DNA of 62,759 nucleotides, the filler included, from Octopus bimaculoides (Eukaryota), in assembly GCF_001194135.2 (NCBI RefSeq). It is 5 parts of 5 records of this genome, joined end to end, with 100 filler letters (N's around TTAATTAATTAA, not from the genome) between each part and the next. Parts side by side here need not be neighbours in the genome. Positions count along the whole stretch, not along the records: positions 1 to 16,739 come from NC_068994.1; positions 16,840 to 26,559 come from NC_069002.1; positions 26,660 to 53,516 come from NC_068981.1; 2 more parts are not named here. One strand, 5' to 3'. Of the stretch, positions 13,552 to 27,651 are shown piece by piece. The position numbers and the translations under genes are program-made. Numbering within the stretch: the stretch's first letter is position 1; every line of letters starts with the position of its first letter. The notes below the pieces were generated by a model. That model was not told the DNA's origin, did no database searches, and saw only the letters and a program-made list of their open reading frames with translations.

Positions 13552-13714
13552 CGTATACAAGCTATATACTTGTTCTGTCTGTGTGACACACTCTCTCCTT
13601 TTCTCTCCCCCTCCTCTCTCTCACTCTACCTCTGTCTGCATCTCTGTGTGCTTCTGTATATGGCGGCGCTTCGATGTCTTTAAACATTCTCTTCCTCCTC
13701 CCCCTCCTTCTCCT

Positions 13715-13975
13715 TCGCATCATTATCATCATGAATGTTCTAATTTCCACTTTTCTATGCTTGCATGGGTCAGACGAAATCTGTTGAGATAGACATTTTC
13801 TACGGCAAGATGCTTTCTCTGTCACCTACCCTCACTTGTTTCTAAGCAAGGTATCATTTACACCATGTTCAGACATGGTTTTTCCACGGAAGACAAGAAA
13901 CGAACAAAATCGCTTGTATGACGATGATGCTTATTTACAGCCATCAGACGATGCCAAGACAAGGGGACGTTTAGG
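13715..13975 (-). mobile_element. Probable SINE-like repeat fragment with an (ATG)n tail
   Basis: Minus strand ends cccatgcaagcatagaaaagtgg followed by atgatg. Recognised from memory of octopus repeats only; no second copy in the window. Confidence 0.35.
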
Positions 13976-14014
13976 CACATACAAAGAAACGCACGCACAC
14001 GCGCACACACACAC

Positions 14015-14093
14015 TTATACGATGGGCTTATTTCAGTTTCTCTCTACCAAATCCACTCATAAGGCATTGGTCGGCTAGAGGCTATGGCAGAAG
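14015..14093 (-). mobile_element. SINE family B fragment
   Basis: tacgatgggcttatttcagtttctctctaccaaatccactcataaggcattggtcggc. Confidence 0.7.
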
Positions 14094-14388
14094 TTTCTCT
14101 TTTTTTGCTTCACAGCTCTCTGGCGTCCCTTCTCTTCAAGACCATTTGGCAATTGTGTTGCAAATTATTTGCTGCGATGAATTACTAAAAGAGAAATGAA
14201 AAAAAAAAAAAAACAGCTTGGGAAAAGCATATAATTCCCAACAGAAGAGCCGTATGTAACTGAAGAGAAGTGAAACCGGATAACTATAAAGCGCTTTTAA
14301 TGTTACGTAATATGCACTCGGTGTTCTTTTGAAACATTTGTAGTATTTGACTTCTTCTTCTACTCTTTTTATCCACAAACTTAATCAC

Positions 14389-14860
<472 letters not shown>

Positions 14861-15012
14861 TTTGCCTCCTCTCTCTTAATTTGTATACCTCTTAGCTTGC
14901 TTTTCCTGTTTCGTTCTCTTTATATTTTTCAAATTCTGTATATATATTTACACGCTTAAATGTGCTTGCATGTATGTATATACGCGTGCTAACTACACAT
15001 GTGTGTACATGT

Positions 15013-15160
15013 GTAGTAGTAGTAGTAGTAGTAGTGGTGGTAGCGACGGTGGTGGTATTATGGCGGTTGCTGTGTTGGTGTTGGTATTGGTGTTTAGCTA
15101 GGTGGCGCTGATGGCAGTGGTGTACATATAGGCTACTGAAGTGGTACTAGTGAAGACAGT

Positions 15161-15213
<53 letters not shown>

Positions 15214-15623
15214 AAGTTATAGTAGTTGGTGTCGTGGTGTTGTTAGTGAAGGTGGTGACTGATTTGATAGCAGTAGTAGTGAAAATGATTGTTGTTGTTG
15301 TTGTTGCTGTGGTGGTGGTGGTGGTGACAGTGGATGAGGTGAGTGTGACGTTGGTGTAGTAGTAGTAGTAGTAGTAGTGGCAGTAGTGGCAGTAGTGTTA
15401 GTATTATTATTAGTAGCAGTTGTAGTTGTCGTTGTTATGAAAGTAATAGTGGTAGTAATAGAAGTAGTAATAATTTGGTAGTAGTGGTGGTGATGGTGGT
15501 GGCGTTGGCGGTGCAGTTAGTTGTTGTGTTGGCGAAGTTTGAAGTGGTACGGAGGCTGATTGGATGATGGGTAAGTGAGGAACACGGTGTTGGTGGTGAG
15601 GGTAGATTACAGTGTCAGGTATG

Positions 15624-15673
<50 letters not shown>

Positions 15674-15715
15674 GCTGCTGCTGCTAGTACTACCATTCGC
15701 CGTACTACTATTCCT

Positions 15716-15783
<68 letters not shown>

Positions 15784-16200
15784 CAGCAGCAGCAGCAGTT
15801 ACGGTGATAGTGATGATGGCGGCGGTGCGAATGGTAAAGACTGTGGCGGTGCAGACGATGGTGGTGGTGGTGAAGAGGCAGCGGCGGGGTGAGGGGNNNN
15901 NNNNNNNNNNNNNNNNNNNNNNNNNNNNNNNNNNNNNNNNNNNNNNNNNNNNNNNNNNNNNNNNNNNNNNNNNNNNNNNNNNNNNNNNNNNNNNNNNNNN
16001 NNNNNNNNNNNNNNNNNNNNNNNNNNNNNNNNNNNNNNNNNNNNNNNNNNNNNNNNNNNNNNNNNNNNNNNNNNNNNNNNNNNNNNNNNNNNNNNNNNNN
16101 NNNNNNNNNNNNNNNNNNNNNNNNNNNNNNNNNNNNNNNNNNNTGGTGGCGATGGATGTGGAAGTAGCGATGGGGGAGAGGGTGGTGGTGGTGGGGAGTT
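15013..16200. repeat. Degenerate GTA/GTG/GCA/CTA triplet-repeat region spanning a gap
   Basis: Direct reading. It produces the poly-V, poly-S and poly-T ORFs in the track. Confidence 0.9.
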
Positions 16201-16360
16201 TTAGTGAAAATATTTTTAGGTGGATCAATTATGTACAAATGATTGCTGTTTCACACTGAATCGATGTGTGTCCCACATTTGATCTTCACCTATATCCATA
16301 TGTGCGTGTGTATATATGAGTGTGTGTGTGAGTAAATATATGCTTGTGCATGTATGAATG

Positions 16361-16423
<63 letters not shown>

Positions 16424-16677
16424 TCTCTTTCTCTCTTATATGCGAGTGGGTATATATATATATGTATATATATATATGCAAAAATATTTTTACGCATACA
16501 TGCGCTCACGTAAATACAAACACACATATACACATACACAGATATTTGTGTATATACACACAAAAATGCATACACATAAATACACACACACACACATATT
16601 TATACATATATCTATATATGCATACATATTTATATGCATATATGTGTGTATATATATAGGTATCTATCTATCTAATG

Positions 16678-16711
<34 letters not shown>

Positions 16712-16739
16712 ATGTGTATATAGAATATGTGTGCATATA

Positions 16740-16839
16740 NNNNNNNNNNNNNNNNNNNNNNNNNNNNNNNNNNNNNNNNNNNNTTAATTAATTAANNNNN
16801 NNNNNNNNNNNNNNNNNNNNNNNNNNNNNNNNNNNNNNN
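16740..16839. other. Artificial 100-bp assembly spacer N44-TTAATTAATTAA-N44
   Basis: The same structure occurs at 26560-26659, 53517-53616 and 59922-60021. Confidence 0.95.
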
Positions 16840-17661
16840 ATAATAATAATAATAATAAAAAACGTGTAAAAACGTGTAACTACTCGTTTTTTTAAATTCT
16901 ACGTATATTTATGGGTATGTCATATTTTCCGTTTCTTGTTTTCTTTTTATTTAATTGTGAAAATATTATTTATATAACGCATGTACTCATTCATTTTTTT
17001 TTTTTTTTACCCGTTTGTAGAAATATTCTTGGAATATTTTTGCGCTACCTTGTCTTTTTACTTTACTTTGCTTCTCTTAATTCCTTTTCTTTCTCTCTTT
17101 CTCTTTCTCTCCATCACTCCCTCTCTGTTTTTTTCTGTTTCTCTTCTCCCACTATCAAGTGATCCGTGACGACCTAAGCCGGTGTCATTCTTTTTGCGGT
17201 GCCTTCGACCGCACTGGTCACAATTTTCTGAGACCCTCGCTCAACCCTTCCCGTTTCTATCGTCCTTTCGGAGAGTTTTCTTCTCCACTTCTGTCGTGTC
17301 TTGCAGCCCCAAGGCTTTGTTTCGTTGTATATGTTTGATTATCATTATTAATTGTTGTCTTCGTGTGGCCCTAAGCCTTTATTCTGCTTATTGTTTTGTC
17401 CCTCGTCCACCCGCTAACAGTCTCGTCTCGAGCCCGTCTTGTTTTGTTATGTTTTGGTTCCATTCCCGGCAAGTTTCTTGCTGGTGCCTCCAGAGTGGAA
17501 GCAATATTATCGGTAATGGTTGAAATTGCGTTTCATCCTCTGGTCCATAACTGATGAAGAGTTGGTGACCTGTGTTTTCTGTTCGCCTGTGTAGTTTGTT
17601 ATATGTTCGTCTGTTTATTTACTACACGTTTTTTTAAAAATTATACACATACGCACACACA

Positions 17662-17701
<40 letters not shown>

Positions 17702-18256
17702 CACTCACTCACACACACAGAGGTATGTCATATTTTCCGTTTGTTGTCTTTTTAGTTAATCCTAAAAATAGTATTTATGTAACGCACGCACTCACTAATT
17801 TTTTACTTATATATATGTGTGTATGTGTTTGTNNNNNNNNNNNNNNNNNNNNNNNNNNNNNNNNNNNNNNNNNNNNNNNNNNNNNNNNNNNNNNNNNNNN
17901 NNNNNNNNNNNNNNNNNNNNNNNNNNNNNNNNNNNNNNNNNNNNNNNNNNNNNTATGTGTGTGCACTAATTAATCATCTTATATAAAACATTGTCTAAAA
18001 AATAAAGTATTCAAGTTCATACATACTTATTTGTATAATTCTTTTCTGGAATTTATTCTCGAATTACATATAAAAGTATAAGAAAAATAACAAGTAAATA
18101 TTGACTTTAAAAATTCCAAAAATGTTTTTCTGCCCAATATTAACAAGCTGTTATTCCATGCTTCATATGTACTTCAAGAACCAATTGAATTTTTAAAAAA
18201 TATTCTACGTTCTCTCGAAAGTACATAAATTTTAATGATGCCAATATATATGTAAA

Positions 18257-18470
18257 GGAAGCGAGCTGGCAGAATCGTTAGCACGCCGGGCGAAATGCTT
18301 AGCGGTATTTCGCCTGTCTTTGTGTTCTGAGTTCAAATTTCGCCGAGGTCGACTTTGCCTTTCATGCTTTCGGAGTCGATAAAACAAGTAGCAGTTACGC
18401 ACTGGGGTCGATGTAATCGACTTACCCCTTTCCTGAACTTGCTGGTCTTGTGCCCAAATTTGCAATCAAT
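18257..18470 (+). mobile_element. SINE family C, full length
   Basis: A-box-like tggcagaatcg, B-box-like gagttcaaatttc, body gaggtcgactttgcctttcat, hairpin gtcgatgtaatcgac, tail tgtgcccaaatttgcaatc. Confidence 0.9.
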
Positions 18471-18483
18471 TTATATCTTATGT

Positions 18484-18654
18484 TGGCGACGTGCGAGCAA
18501 GATCGTTAGCTCTTGAGCGAAATGCTTAGCGACATTTCGTCCGTCTTTACGTTCTGAGGGTCAAATTTCGCCGGTGTCCACTTTGTTTTTCATCCTTTCG
18601 TGGGGCGCGATAAAATAAGTACCAGACGGACACTGGGGTTGATGTAAACGACTT
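18484..18654 (+). mobile_element. SINE family C, older 3'-truncated copy
   Basis: Colinear with 18257-18425 but more diverged. Confidence 0.8.
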
Positions 18655-18763
18655 GTGTATAACTGTTTATACACACACAAAACGATAACTTTTATATATG
18701 TGAGTGCGCGCGCACGTTTGTGCGTGCATGTGCGTGTGTGTGTGTGTGTCTGCATACACATAT

Positions 18764-18801
<38 letters not shown>

Positions 18802-18838
18802 GCATATATATAAATATATATACATAAATATGCATATA

Positions 18839-18915
<77 letters not shown>

Positions 18916-19111
18916 CATATATATATCTCGAAGATTAATGAATAATTTTGGATTTCTGTTCGTATACACAGCTATCCCTGCTGCTAACCCTAAGCTATAA
19001 ATCCATTTTTTGGTGCTTGTCGAAATTCGATACGGGAAAAATTTACAACCAACCTTCTACGGACTGCTCGAAGCTTACTATGTTCCAACACTTTGATCCT
19101 TAGATCTTACC

Positions 19112-19180
<69 letters not shown>

Positions 19181-19798
19181 GCACGCACACACACACACAC
19201 AAATCTCTGAACGAGGTATAAACAGTAGCTGCACGACAACGTGAAGTATATTTGCCACTTAAATGCGACTAACTAGTAAGGGTGAATTAAGTGGCAAATA
19301 TACTTCATGTATATATATATATCCGTTTTCTTCTCTCTTATTTTCTCTTTATAGATCTCCGGCTCGTTGTCATTCAATGTCTAAACCCGTATTAATGCAA
19401 CAGATCACTCACGTTATTTTCAGTATGTACTATTCCTATATTATTTTCCACTTCATCTGTTCTCTACATTTACAGAGCTCATCAACCGTCACAAGATTTT
19501 TACTTGCCTTCTTATTATATTTGCTGCTATCAGGTGCCGAAATGAGACGGGTGGAGGGGGTGGAGTGTCTTCTTGTGGTTCTTCATTAGCCAGGTGTGCT
19601 AAATATGAGAGCCGTATCCACCTAAAATCTCACACCTTACTGTTGTAAACATGAAGGAAACATCAGACACTGTATTTGAATAAAAACAATGCGTGAAACA
19701 AAGCGACAAGTGATGAAATGTCCACACTTATAGAATGTCTTTGACTGTAGGTATCTGGAATCTAGCCTGACTTGCGGACATACCTATATATGTATATG

Positions 19799-19847
<49 letters not shown>

Positions 19848-20356
19848 NNNNNNNNNNNNNNNNNNNNNNNNNNNNNNNNNNNNNNNNNNNNNNNNNNNNN
19901 NNNNNNNNNNNNNNNNNNNNNNNNNNNNNNNNNNNNNNNNNNNNNNNNNNNNNNNNNNNNNNNNNNNNNNNNNNNNNNNNNNNNNNNNNNNNNNNNNNNN
20001 NNNNNNNNNNNNNNNNNNNNNNNNNNNNNNNNNNNNNNNNNNNNNNNNNNNNNNNNNNNNNNNNNNNNNNNNNNNNNNNNNNNNNNNNNNNNNNNNNNNN
20101 NNNNNNNNNNNNNNNNNNNNNNNNNNNNNNNNNNNNNNNNNNNNNNNNNNNNNNNNNNNNNNNNNNNNNNNNNNNNNNNNNNNNNNNNNNNNNNNNNNNN
20201 NNNNNNNNNNNNNNNNNNNNNNNNNNNNNNNNNNNNNNNNNNNNNNNNNNNNNNNNNNNNNNNNNNNNNNNNNNNNNNNNNNNNNNNNNNNNNNNNNNNN
20301 NNNNNNNNNNNNNNNNNNNNNNNNNNNNNNNNNNNNNNATACATATACATATATAT

Positions 20357-20582
20357 GCAAGCTGGCAGACTCGTTAGCACGCCGGGTGAAATGCTTAGCG
20401 GTATTTCGTCTGCCGCTACGTTCTGAGTTCAAATTCCGCCGAGGTCGCTTTTGCCTGTCATCCTTTCGGGGTCGATTAAATAAGTACCAGTTACGCACTG
20501 CTGTCGATGTAATCAACTTAATCCCTCTGTCTGTCCTTGTTTGTCCCCTCTATGTTTAGCCCCTTGTGGGCAATAAAGAATT
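20357..20582 (+). mobile_element. SINE family C with an alternative 3' tail
   Basis: Head and body as at 18257, but the tail reads aatccctctgtctgtccttgtttgtcccctctatgtttagccccttgtgggcaataaagaa. Confidence 0.9.
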
Positions 20583-21613
20583 ATATATATATATATATAT
20601 TGCTGGTCATTGTTGAAATATTTTGTCATTAGCTCTGATCGAGGTATCATATGGGTGAGCTCTGCACGAGGAATCGTACAGTGAGAAACTGTATTTGCAA
20701 ATTGTCCTTCCTCTGAGATTGTAGGACCTGATTTATGGAAGACTGGCCGCTATTTCTAACATTTCTTGTTACCCCTTAGAGGCTCTCTATACTACAATTC
20801 ATTTCGCATCACATCAATATTGTACACATTACACGGTACACGGGACACGGTACACGGGACACAGTACATGGAACACGGTGCACGCTACCCGGTGCGTCGT
20901 ATCATTTTACCTTACATTGTATGTCACACTACATTTACATCACAGCCTTATCAGATGTACATAAATTTATCTCCATCATATATCTTCATGCAGTTATATG
21001 ATAGCATATAGCAATGTATCACTCTTAACATACACGATTTTATATCGTAGCTTCACTACTAAGCAATGGTTGGTCTTTCGCTTTCTTTAGTTTATAATCA
21101 ACCGGAAAGAGAGAGAGAGCGAGGGGGAGTGAGAGAGAGAGAGAGAGCGAGGGGGAATGAGAGAGGAAGAGATAGAGAAAGGATGTGTTTCGTTATTACA
21201 CGGCTAGGTTTCGCTTGATTCACTCACACACATACGCACACGCAAGTCTCCTCTTCATACCTTTCGCTCCCACCGGCTATATCTTTATATCTGGCATTCT
21301 GTTTCACTCTCCCCGCTCACTCTCTAAGTCTCCTTCCTATCTCTCCGCCTTTCTCGTCTTCCACGTTTGTTTCCTCTCGTTCCTTTTCATTCATTCTTTC
21401 CTTCTCCATCTTGATTCCTTCCATTCACATTTAATTCCACTGCATTTCCTTCTCTAAATTTAGTCGTCTTTTTACACATTTGCAAAATTAAAAAAAAACA
21501 GACATACTCTCATATATACATACACCATGTGTGTATATGTGTATGTACATATGTATGTTTGTATATATACATATGCATTTCAATGTGCATATGCATTTCA
21601 ATGTGCATACATA

Positions 21614-22061
21614 GGCGCAGGAGTGGCTGTGTGGTAAGTAGCTTGCTTACCAACCACATGGTTCCGGGTTCAGTCCCACTGCGTGGCACCTTGGGCAAGT
21701 GTCTTCTACTATAGCCTCGGGCCGACCAAAGCCTTGTGAGTGGATTTGGTAGACGGAAACTGAAAGAAGCCCGTCGTATATATGTATATGTATGTATATA
21801 TGTATGTCTGTGCTTGTCCCTCTAACATCGCTTGACAGCCGATGCTGGTGTGTTTACGTCCCGTAACTTAGCGGTTTGGCAGAAGAGACCGATAGAATAA
21901 GTACTAGGCTTCCACAGAATAAGTCCTGGGGTCGATTTGCTCGACTAAAGGCGGTGCTCCAGCATGGCNNNNNNNNNNTGGGGTCGATTTGCTCGACTAA
22001 AGGCGGTGCTCCAGCATGGCTGCAGTCAAATGACTGAAACAAGTAAAAGAGTAAAAGAGTA
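21614..22061 (+). mobile_element. SINE family B, full length and young
   Basis: tRNA-like head (tggctgtgtgg...gggttcagtccc), ccttgggcaagt, an internal TA/TG tract and a (gtaaaaga)n tail. Closely matches the copies at 38302 and 57397. Confidence 0.9.
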
Positions 22062-22676
22062 TACACACACACACACACACACGCCATTCCTTGTTATAAC
22101 CAGAAATGGTTCTGACGAAAGTAGCATTAATATTTTTTTAAGTTGTTCAATTTTTCTCAATTGATTAACAGACCAATTGTGTTAACCTATCAATTACGTA
22201 CCTATAATGACTACTGGAAACAGCTGTAAGCCGAATTTGCTCCAATAAAGGAAAAATATGTAATAACCATTATTTATACCTTGTCATTTATATATATATA
22301 TATATATACAAACAATATATGAGTATATGCATATATATGTACATGTATGTATATACGTTCATCCACATGTACATATAGATACATAACTGGGTACATGACG
22401 TGGCAAAAGAACAAGGACAAAAATGGTAAACAAGGTGCAACATATNNNNNNNNNNNNNNNNNNNNNNNNNNNNNNNNNNNNNNNNNNNNNNNNNNNNNNN
22501 NNNNNNNNNNNNNNNNNNNNNNNNNNNNNNNNNNNNNNNNNNNNNNNNNNNNNNNNNNNNNNNNNNNNNNNNNNNNNNNNNNNNNNNNNNNNNNNNNNNN
22601 NNNNNNNNNNNNNNNNNNNNNNNNNNNNNNNNNNNNNNNNNNNNNNNNNNNNNNNNNNNNNNNNNNNNNNNNNNNN

Positions 22677-22743
<67 letters not shown>

Positions 22744-22961
22744 ATTTTGTGCCTTGGGAAAGTCATTAAGCCAATAGCAATGACACACACACCGGTTCAA
22801 TTAACTCCTTTACCATTAGTCAATTTAGCTATCCAGCTAACTAATCAACTAATCGATAGTCTGTTATTTAATAGGAAGTCACATAAAGAATCTTGCAAAT
22901 CAACTACAAAAACAAAGAGTATATATATACGCATTATCTATCTATTTATCTATCTATCCAA

Positions 22962-23002
<41 letters not shown>

Positions 23003-23016
23003 AATCTATATATATA

Positions 23017-23640
23017 TTTCATAAGTACGTTACCAAGATGTCAATAAAGTGCAGACAATTGGAAGGATGGATACTAAGTTCCTTCATGTTGGCCCTGTGC
23101 ATGACCTTTGTATCTCAGTCACATGGACCACTGCACTCAGTTGTGGTCACCCCATAGAACCAAACTAACAGTGAAGGTTGAAACAATCCAATGTTACAAC
23201 ACTAAGAATATTCCCAAAGTGCAGCAGATGAACTACAGGGAGAGGCTGAATAAACCTCAGCTTTAATTTCTGGAGCAAAGAAACGACAGGTATGTAATAA
23301 TCTCCTCATGGAAAACTTTGTTCCTAATTGCGGTGTCAACTGTTATACAAATGCTAGAACTAGTTACCATTTCGTAGTACCGATTGTACCATCATCACGT
23401 TTGAAGTAAGGACCAAATACTGCAACAGCTAAGGATTCAAAAGCCCACAACTCTTCATTGCTCTGTCAAAACGAAAGAAGAAACTTAAGAAACGTACACC
23501 ATGTAGATCGGGATGTCTTCAAAAAGGAGCTGGGCATTCTATTATCCACTGTACCAGATGAACCAACATCTCGGCATGAAGTACAGACGAGGGTTGCAAT
23601 GTCGAACTCCTAAAACAGCAAACGATCCAACAACAGGGAA
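23017..23640 (+). mobile_element. CR1-like LINE ORF2 C-terminal remnant (frameshifted)
   Basis: Successive frames read KCRQLEGWILSSF, LSHMDHCTQLWSPH...VETIQCYNTKNIPKVQQMNYRERLNKPQL*FLEQRNDRY, RTKYCNS*GFKSPQLF and LRNVHHVDRDVFKKELGILLSTVPDEP. These resemble the conserved LDYCSQLWSP, LEAIQRRFTK, YxERLxxLxLxSLExRR and FKxxLD motifs. Confidence 0.8.
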
Positions 23641-24415
23641 AATGTACTTGGAGGGGCGGTCAATATGTTTAAGCAGAAAGCGTGTTAATTTCTCACAGGC
23701 CACGTCAGGCACGAAATTCGATTGTGAAAATATGAAAGTTCGTTATAATACAGGAAGTGAATACACAGAAAAACCGATATAATTATTCTACTGTACAGGT
23801 GTCATTTTTTTCAGTTAACCGTGGTATATAAGAACCTTTCCTTACACACACACACACACACACATACACACACACACTCACGCACACACATATATATCTA
23901 TATATATATACATACATATATATACTTATATATATATATACATATATATTTAAATATATATATATGTACACATACATATATATACATATATATATACACA
24001 CACACACATATATATACATAAATATACACACATAATACATATATAGAGATAGTTATACATGTACGTATACATGTATATATATTATATATATGTATATATA
24101 TATAAATATATAAGTGTGTGTGTGTATCGTTGCTATTATGCAGAAAACGAAAAAATAGTTTCAGCATTCCAAAGCAAAACCGTTGTACTACGCTTTGACA
24201 ATGTTTGATATCTTGGCATCTGAAGTACCTCGAGATACCATATTTGACCAATAANNNNNNNNNNNNNNNNNNNNNNNNNNNNNNNNNNNNNNNNNNNNNN
24301 NNNNNNNNNNNNNNNNNNNNNNNNNNNNNNNNNNNNNNNNNNNNNNNNNNNNNNNNNNNNNNNNNNNNNNNNNNNNNNNNNNNNNNNNNNNNNNNNNNNN
24401 NNNNNNNNNNNNNNN

Positions 24416-24481
<66 letters not shown>

Positions 24482-26524
24482 ATATAACTTATTTTCCCCT
24501 TAAGGTAAGACCACCAAAAAAGTATACCATCTAGTGTACAACATGATTTCTTTTGTTCTATTGTCCTGACTTGTAACTAGTATGGGCCATGTGCTCTGAG
24601 CCTGGAGTTTATTTGGAGAGTCGAAGTATATACACAGATATATATATATGTATATACAGATACATACATATATATATAAATATATATAATAATCATAAAT
24701 ATACAGGGATTAGCATTGAGTTGCTTCTCCAACATACTGAAAATTTAGAAATAGCAGTCAAAAAACTACTGATTCTAAACTACAAATTTTTCTCTAAATG
24801 GATGGCGATATTTATGGCACACATAGAACAAAACCCGGAGGGGAAAGCATAAACAAAACAAGTCTTTAGTTAATCGGATACGATCGTTTCATGGTTAAGG
24901 GAATGAAAATTTCCCTATTCCAAATCATTCGTAAGTGCCTTTCTTACCGTTGATTTTTGGTGTCGCATGGCCAAAGATTACCGTAATTTTTTTAGAGACA
25001 CTTTCAAATTTATCAGAATATCGGACTGATGATTNNNNNNNNNNNNNNNNNNNNNNNNNNNNNNNNNNNNNNNNNNNNNNNNNNNNNNNNNNNNNNNNNN
25101 NNNNNNNNNNNNNNNNNNNNNNNNNNNNNNNNNNNNNNNNNNNNNNNNNNNNNNNNNNNNNNNNNNNNNNNNNNNNNNNNNNNNNNNNNNNNNNNNNNNN
25201 NNNNNNNNNNNNNNNNNNNNNNNNNNNNNNNNNNNNNNNNNNNNNNNNNNNNNNNNNNNNNNNNNNNNNNNNNNNNNNNNNNNNNNNNNNNNNNNNNNNN
25301 NNNNNNNNNNNNNNNNNNNNNNNNNNNNNNNNNNNNNNNNNNNNNNNNNNNNNNNNNNNNNNNNNNNNNNNNNNNNNNNNNNNNNNNNNNNNNNNNNNNN
25401 NNNNNNNNNNNNNNNNNNNNNNNNNNNNNNNNNNNNNNNNNNNNNNNNNNNNNNNNNNNNNNNNNNNNNNNNNNNNNNNNNNNNNNNNNNNNNNNNNNNN
25501 NNNNNNNNNNNNNNNNNNNNNNNNNNNNNNNNNNNNNNNNNNNNNNNNNNNNNNNNNNNNNNNNNNNNNNNNNNNNNNNNNNNNNNNNNNNNNNNNNNNN
25601 NNNNNNNNNNNNNNNNNNNNNNNNNNNNNNNNNNNNNNNNNNNNNNNNNNNNNNNNNNNNNNNNNNNNNNNNNNNNNNNNNNNNNNNNNNNNNNNNNNNN
25701 NNNNNNNNNNNNNNNNNNNNNNNNNNNNNNNNNNNNNNNNNNNNNNNNNNNNNNNGTATGTGCATGTGTGTACGACTTTGATGAAATAATTCTTATATCA
25801 CTTTTAGGTCAATATAAAATAACAAATAATAAACGTTCCAAGGCGTTTAATGATTTGAAGTATTCTCACATTTCGTCCCAACCTTGTTTACCCTCTTCCA
25901 GATATTCAGGCAGAAAAAGTAGATTCCTTTTGGCAATCTTTATAAAACACATTACAGTTTGCGACGCTTGTCTTCATATAAAAGTGTTTTTTTTTTATAA
26001 GAAGACACCGTTAATCATGGTGATTGTTAATTAACGGTTGAAGTGATGCTAATATTTCTTATTAAATCGTTTTCGTTTATTTCTTGTTGCTCTGTGGTTG
26101 AATTTGAGCATTTTTCAATTGGAAATTATTCTTAAAATTAGTAAGACTCATTCCTCCACACAGGCACGAACTCACACACACACATACACATTAAATATAA
26201 ATATATATAATATAATATATTTATGTGTGTTTGTGAGTGTGTGCACGCGCGTGTATCTAGATATAAGTCGAGGGTATTGCACTCTCGATCCACGGACTGA
26301 GTGGGGCATTGTTCTGTTGAGCATCTCATCTGCTCTGCAATCACTTCGACATCTTACGTGTGGCACATTGTGCACCTGTTCAATCAATGTCAATTTGATG
26401 AAAGGCGTGAGCTAATGAGCAGCACAAACACTTGATCACTAGAAACAAATTTTCTGTGCAGATTCCCCAGCAAGAGGTGGCAAACCTGTCTACCTCGCAG
26501 TCGAGAGACAAATATATATGTATG

Positions 26525-26559
<35 letters not shown>

Positions 26560-26724
26560 NNNNNNNNNNNNNNNNNNNNNNNNNNNNNNNNNNNNNNNNN
26601 NNNTTAATTAATTAANNNNNNNNNNNNNNNNNNNNNNNNNNNNNNNNNNNNNNNNNNNNTGTGTGTATTCCCGACGCACGAAACTCTCGGACCTTGAGTC
26701 ACTCTGCTACTTCTAAATATCAAA

Positions 26725-26755
<31 letters not shown>

Positions 26756-27608
26756 AGAGCTTTGTTTTATACTCAAAAATACGTATGTGTGAATGCCTAC
26801 ATGTGTATGTGTGATTGTGTGTGCGCGCGCGTGCTTATGTGCGACTGTGTGAGCGTGTGCGTGGGTGTCTGTCGGTGTGAGTTTGTACATTCATAACTGT
26901 GTATAACTGCGTATACATGTGGTTGTACGTATGCGTAACGATGGGAAACGCTTGTGTGATATATGATACGCGCAAATATCATTAGTTCAGTTCATTTACT
27001 AGAGATGTCAAATGAGAAGAATGCATGTTAAGCCAAAATGCTGGAGATGAAAACAACGACTACGATGGCGACACGTTAAGAAAGAACAACCGGAAGCGTC
27101 ATCTCACTCATTTAAAATCCCTTTTTACATGGCGTGCGAGACTCTGTTTACCCCTTGGGGTTGATTTTAGCAATAGGTGGTACTATCAAAGACCTTTTCA
27201 CAGCCATTTCTTGCCATAAGGCATACAAGTAAACGTAAATGCTTTGATATAAATGCCTCTCTTAATGGTATAAGTTCACCACACTCTTCGCAGTTATTTC
27301 TCTCAATTTCATCTCACGTGAAGCGAATCTCAAATGTACGGATTTTAGTAGTCTTCTTGTCTGCCTGTCTGTCTGATTATCTGTCTGTCCGTCTTTTTTG
27401 CCTGTCTGTCTGTGTTATGTATGTGTTTCGAAGTGTCTGCCTCTGTCGCATGTTTTGTTTATCTCTCGCTTTCTTTACTACCAAACAGTTTCTTATAGTT
27501 TTCATTTAACCAATTCCCCTCGATCCCTTTCTGTCTGTCTCTTTCTCTCCCTTTCCACTCTCTCTCGCTCTGTCTGTCTATCTATCTTTCTACATGTGCG
27601 TGTGACCG

Positions 27609-27651
<43 letters not shown>

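Noticed and set aside
14250-14310. ctgaaga...gaaaccgg hammerhead-like motif
   Set aside because: No stem II, and stem I is not adjacent.
21614-21680. tRNA-like sequences at SINE heads
   Set aside because: A/B-box-like motifs are present, but there is no complete cloverleaf and they continue into repeat bodies, so they are not tRNA genes.
21927-22021. Direct duplication of about 42 bp inside the SINE
   Set aside because: It straddles a 10-N gap, so it is most likely an unmerged contig overlap.
26260-26510. Non-microsatellite stretch that feels like another octopus interspersed repeat
   Set aside because: No second copy or diagnostic structure in the window, so it cannot be supported.
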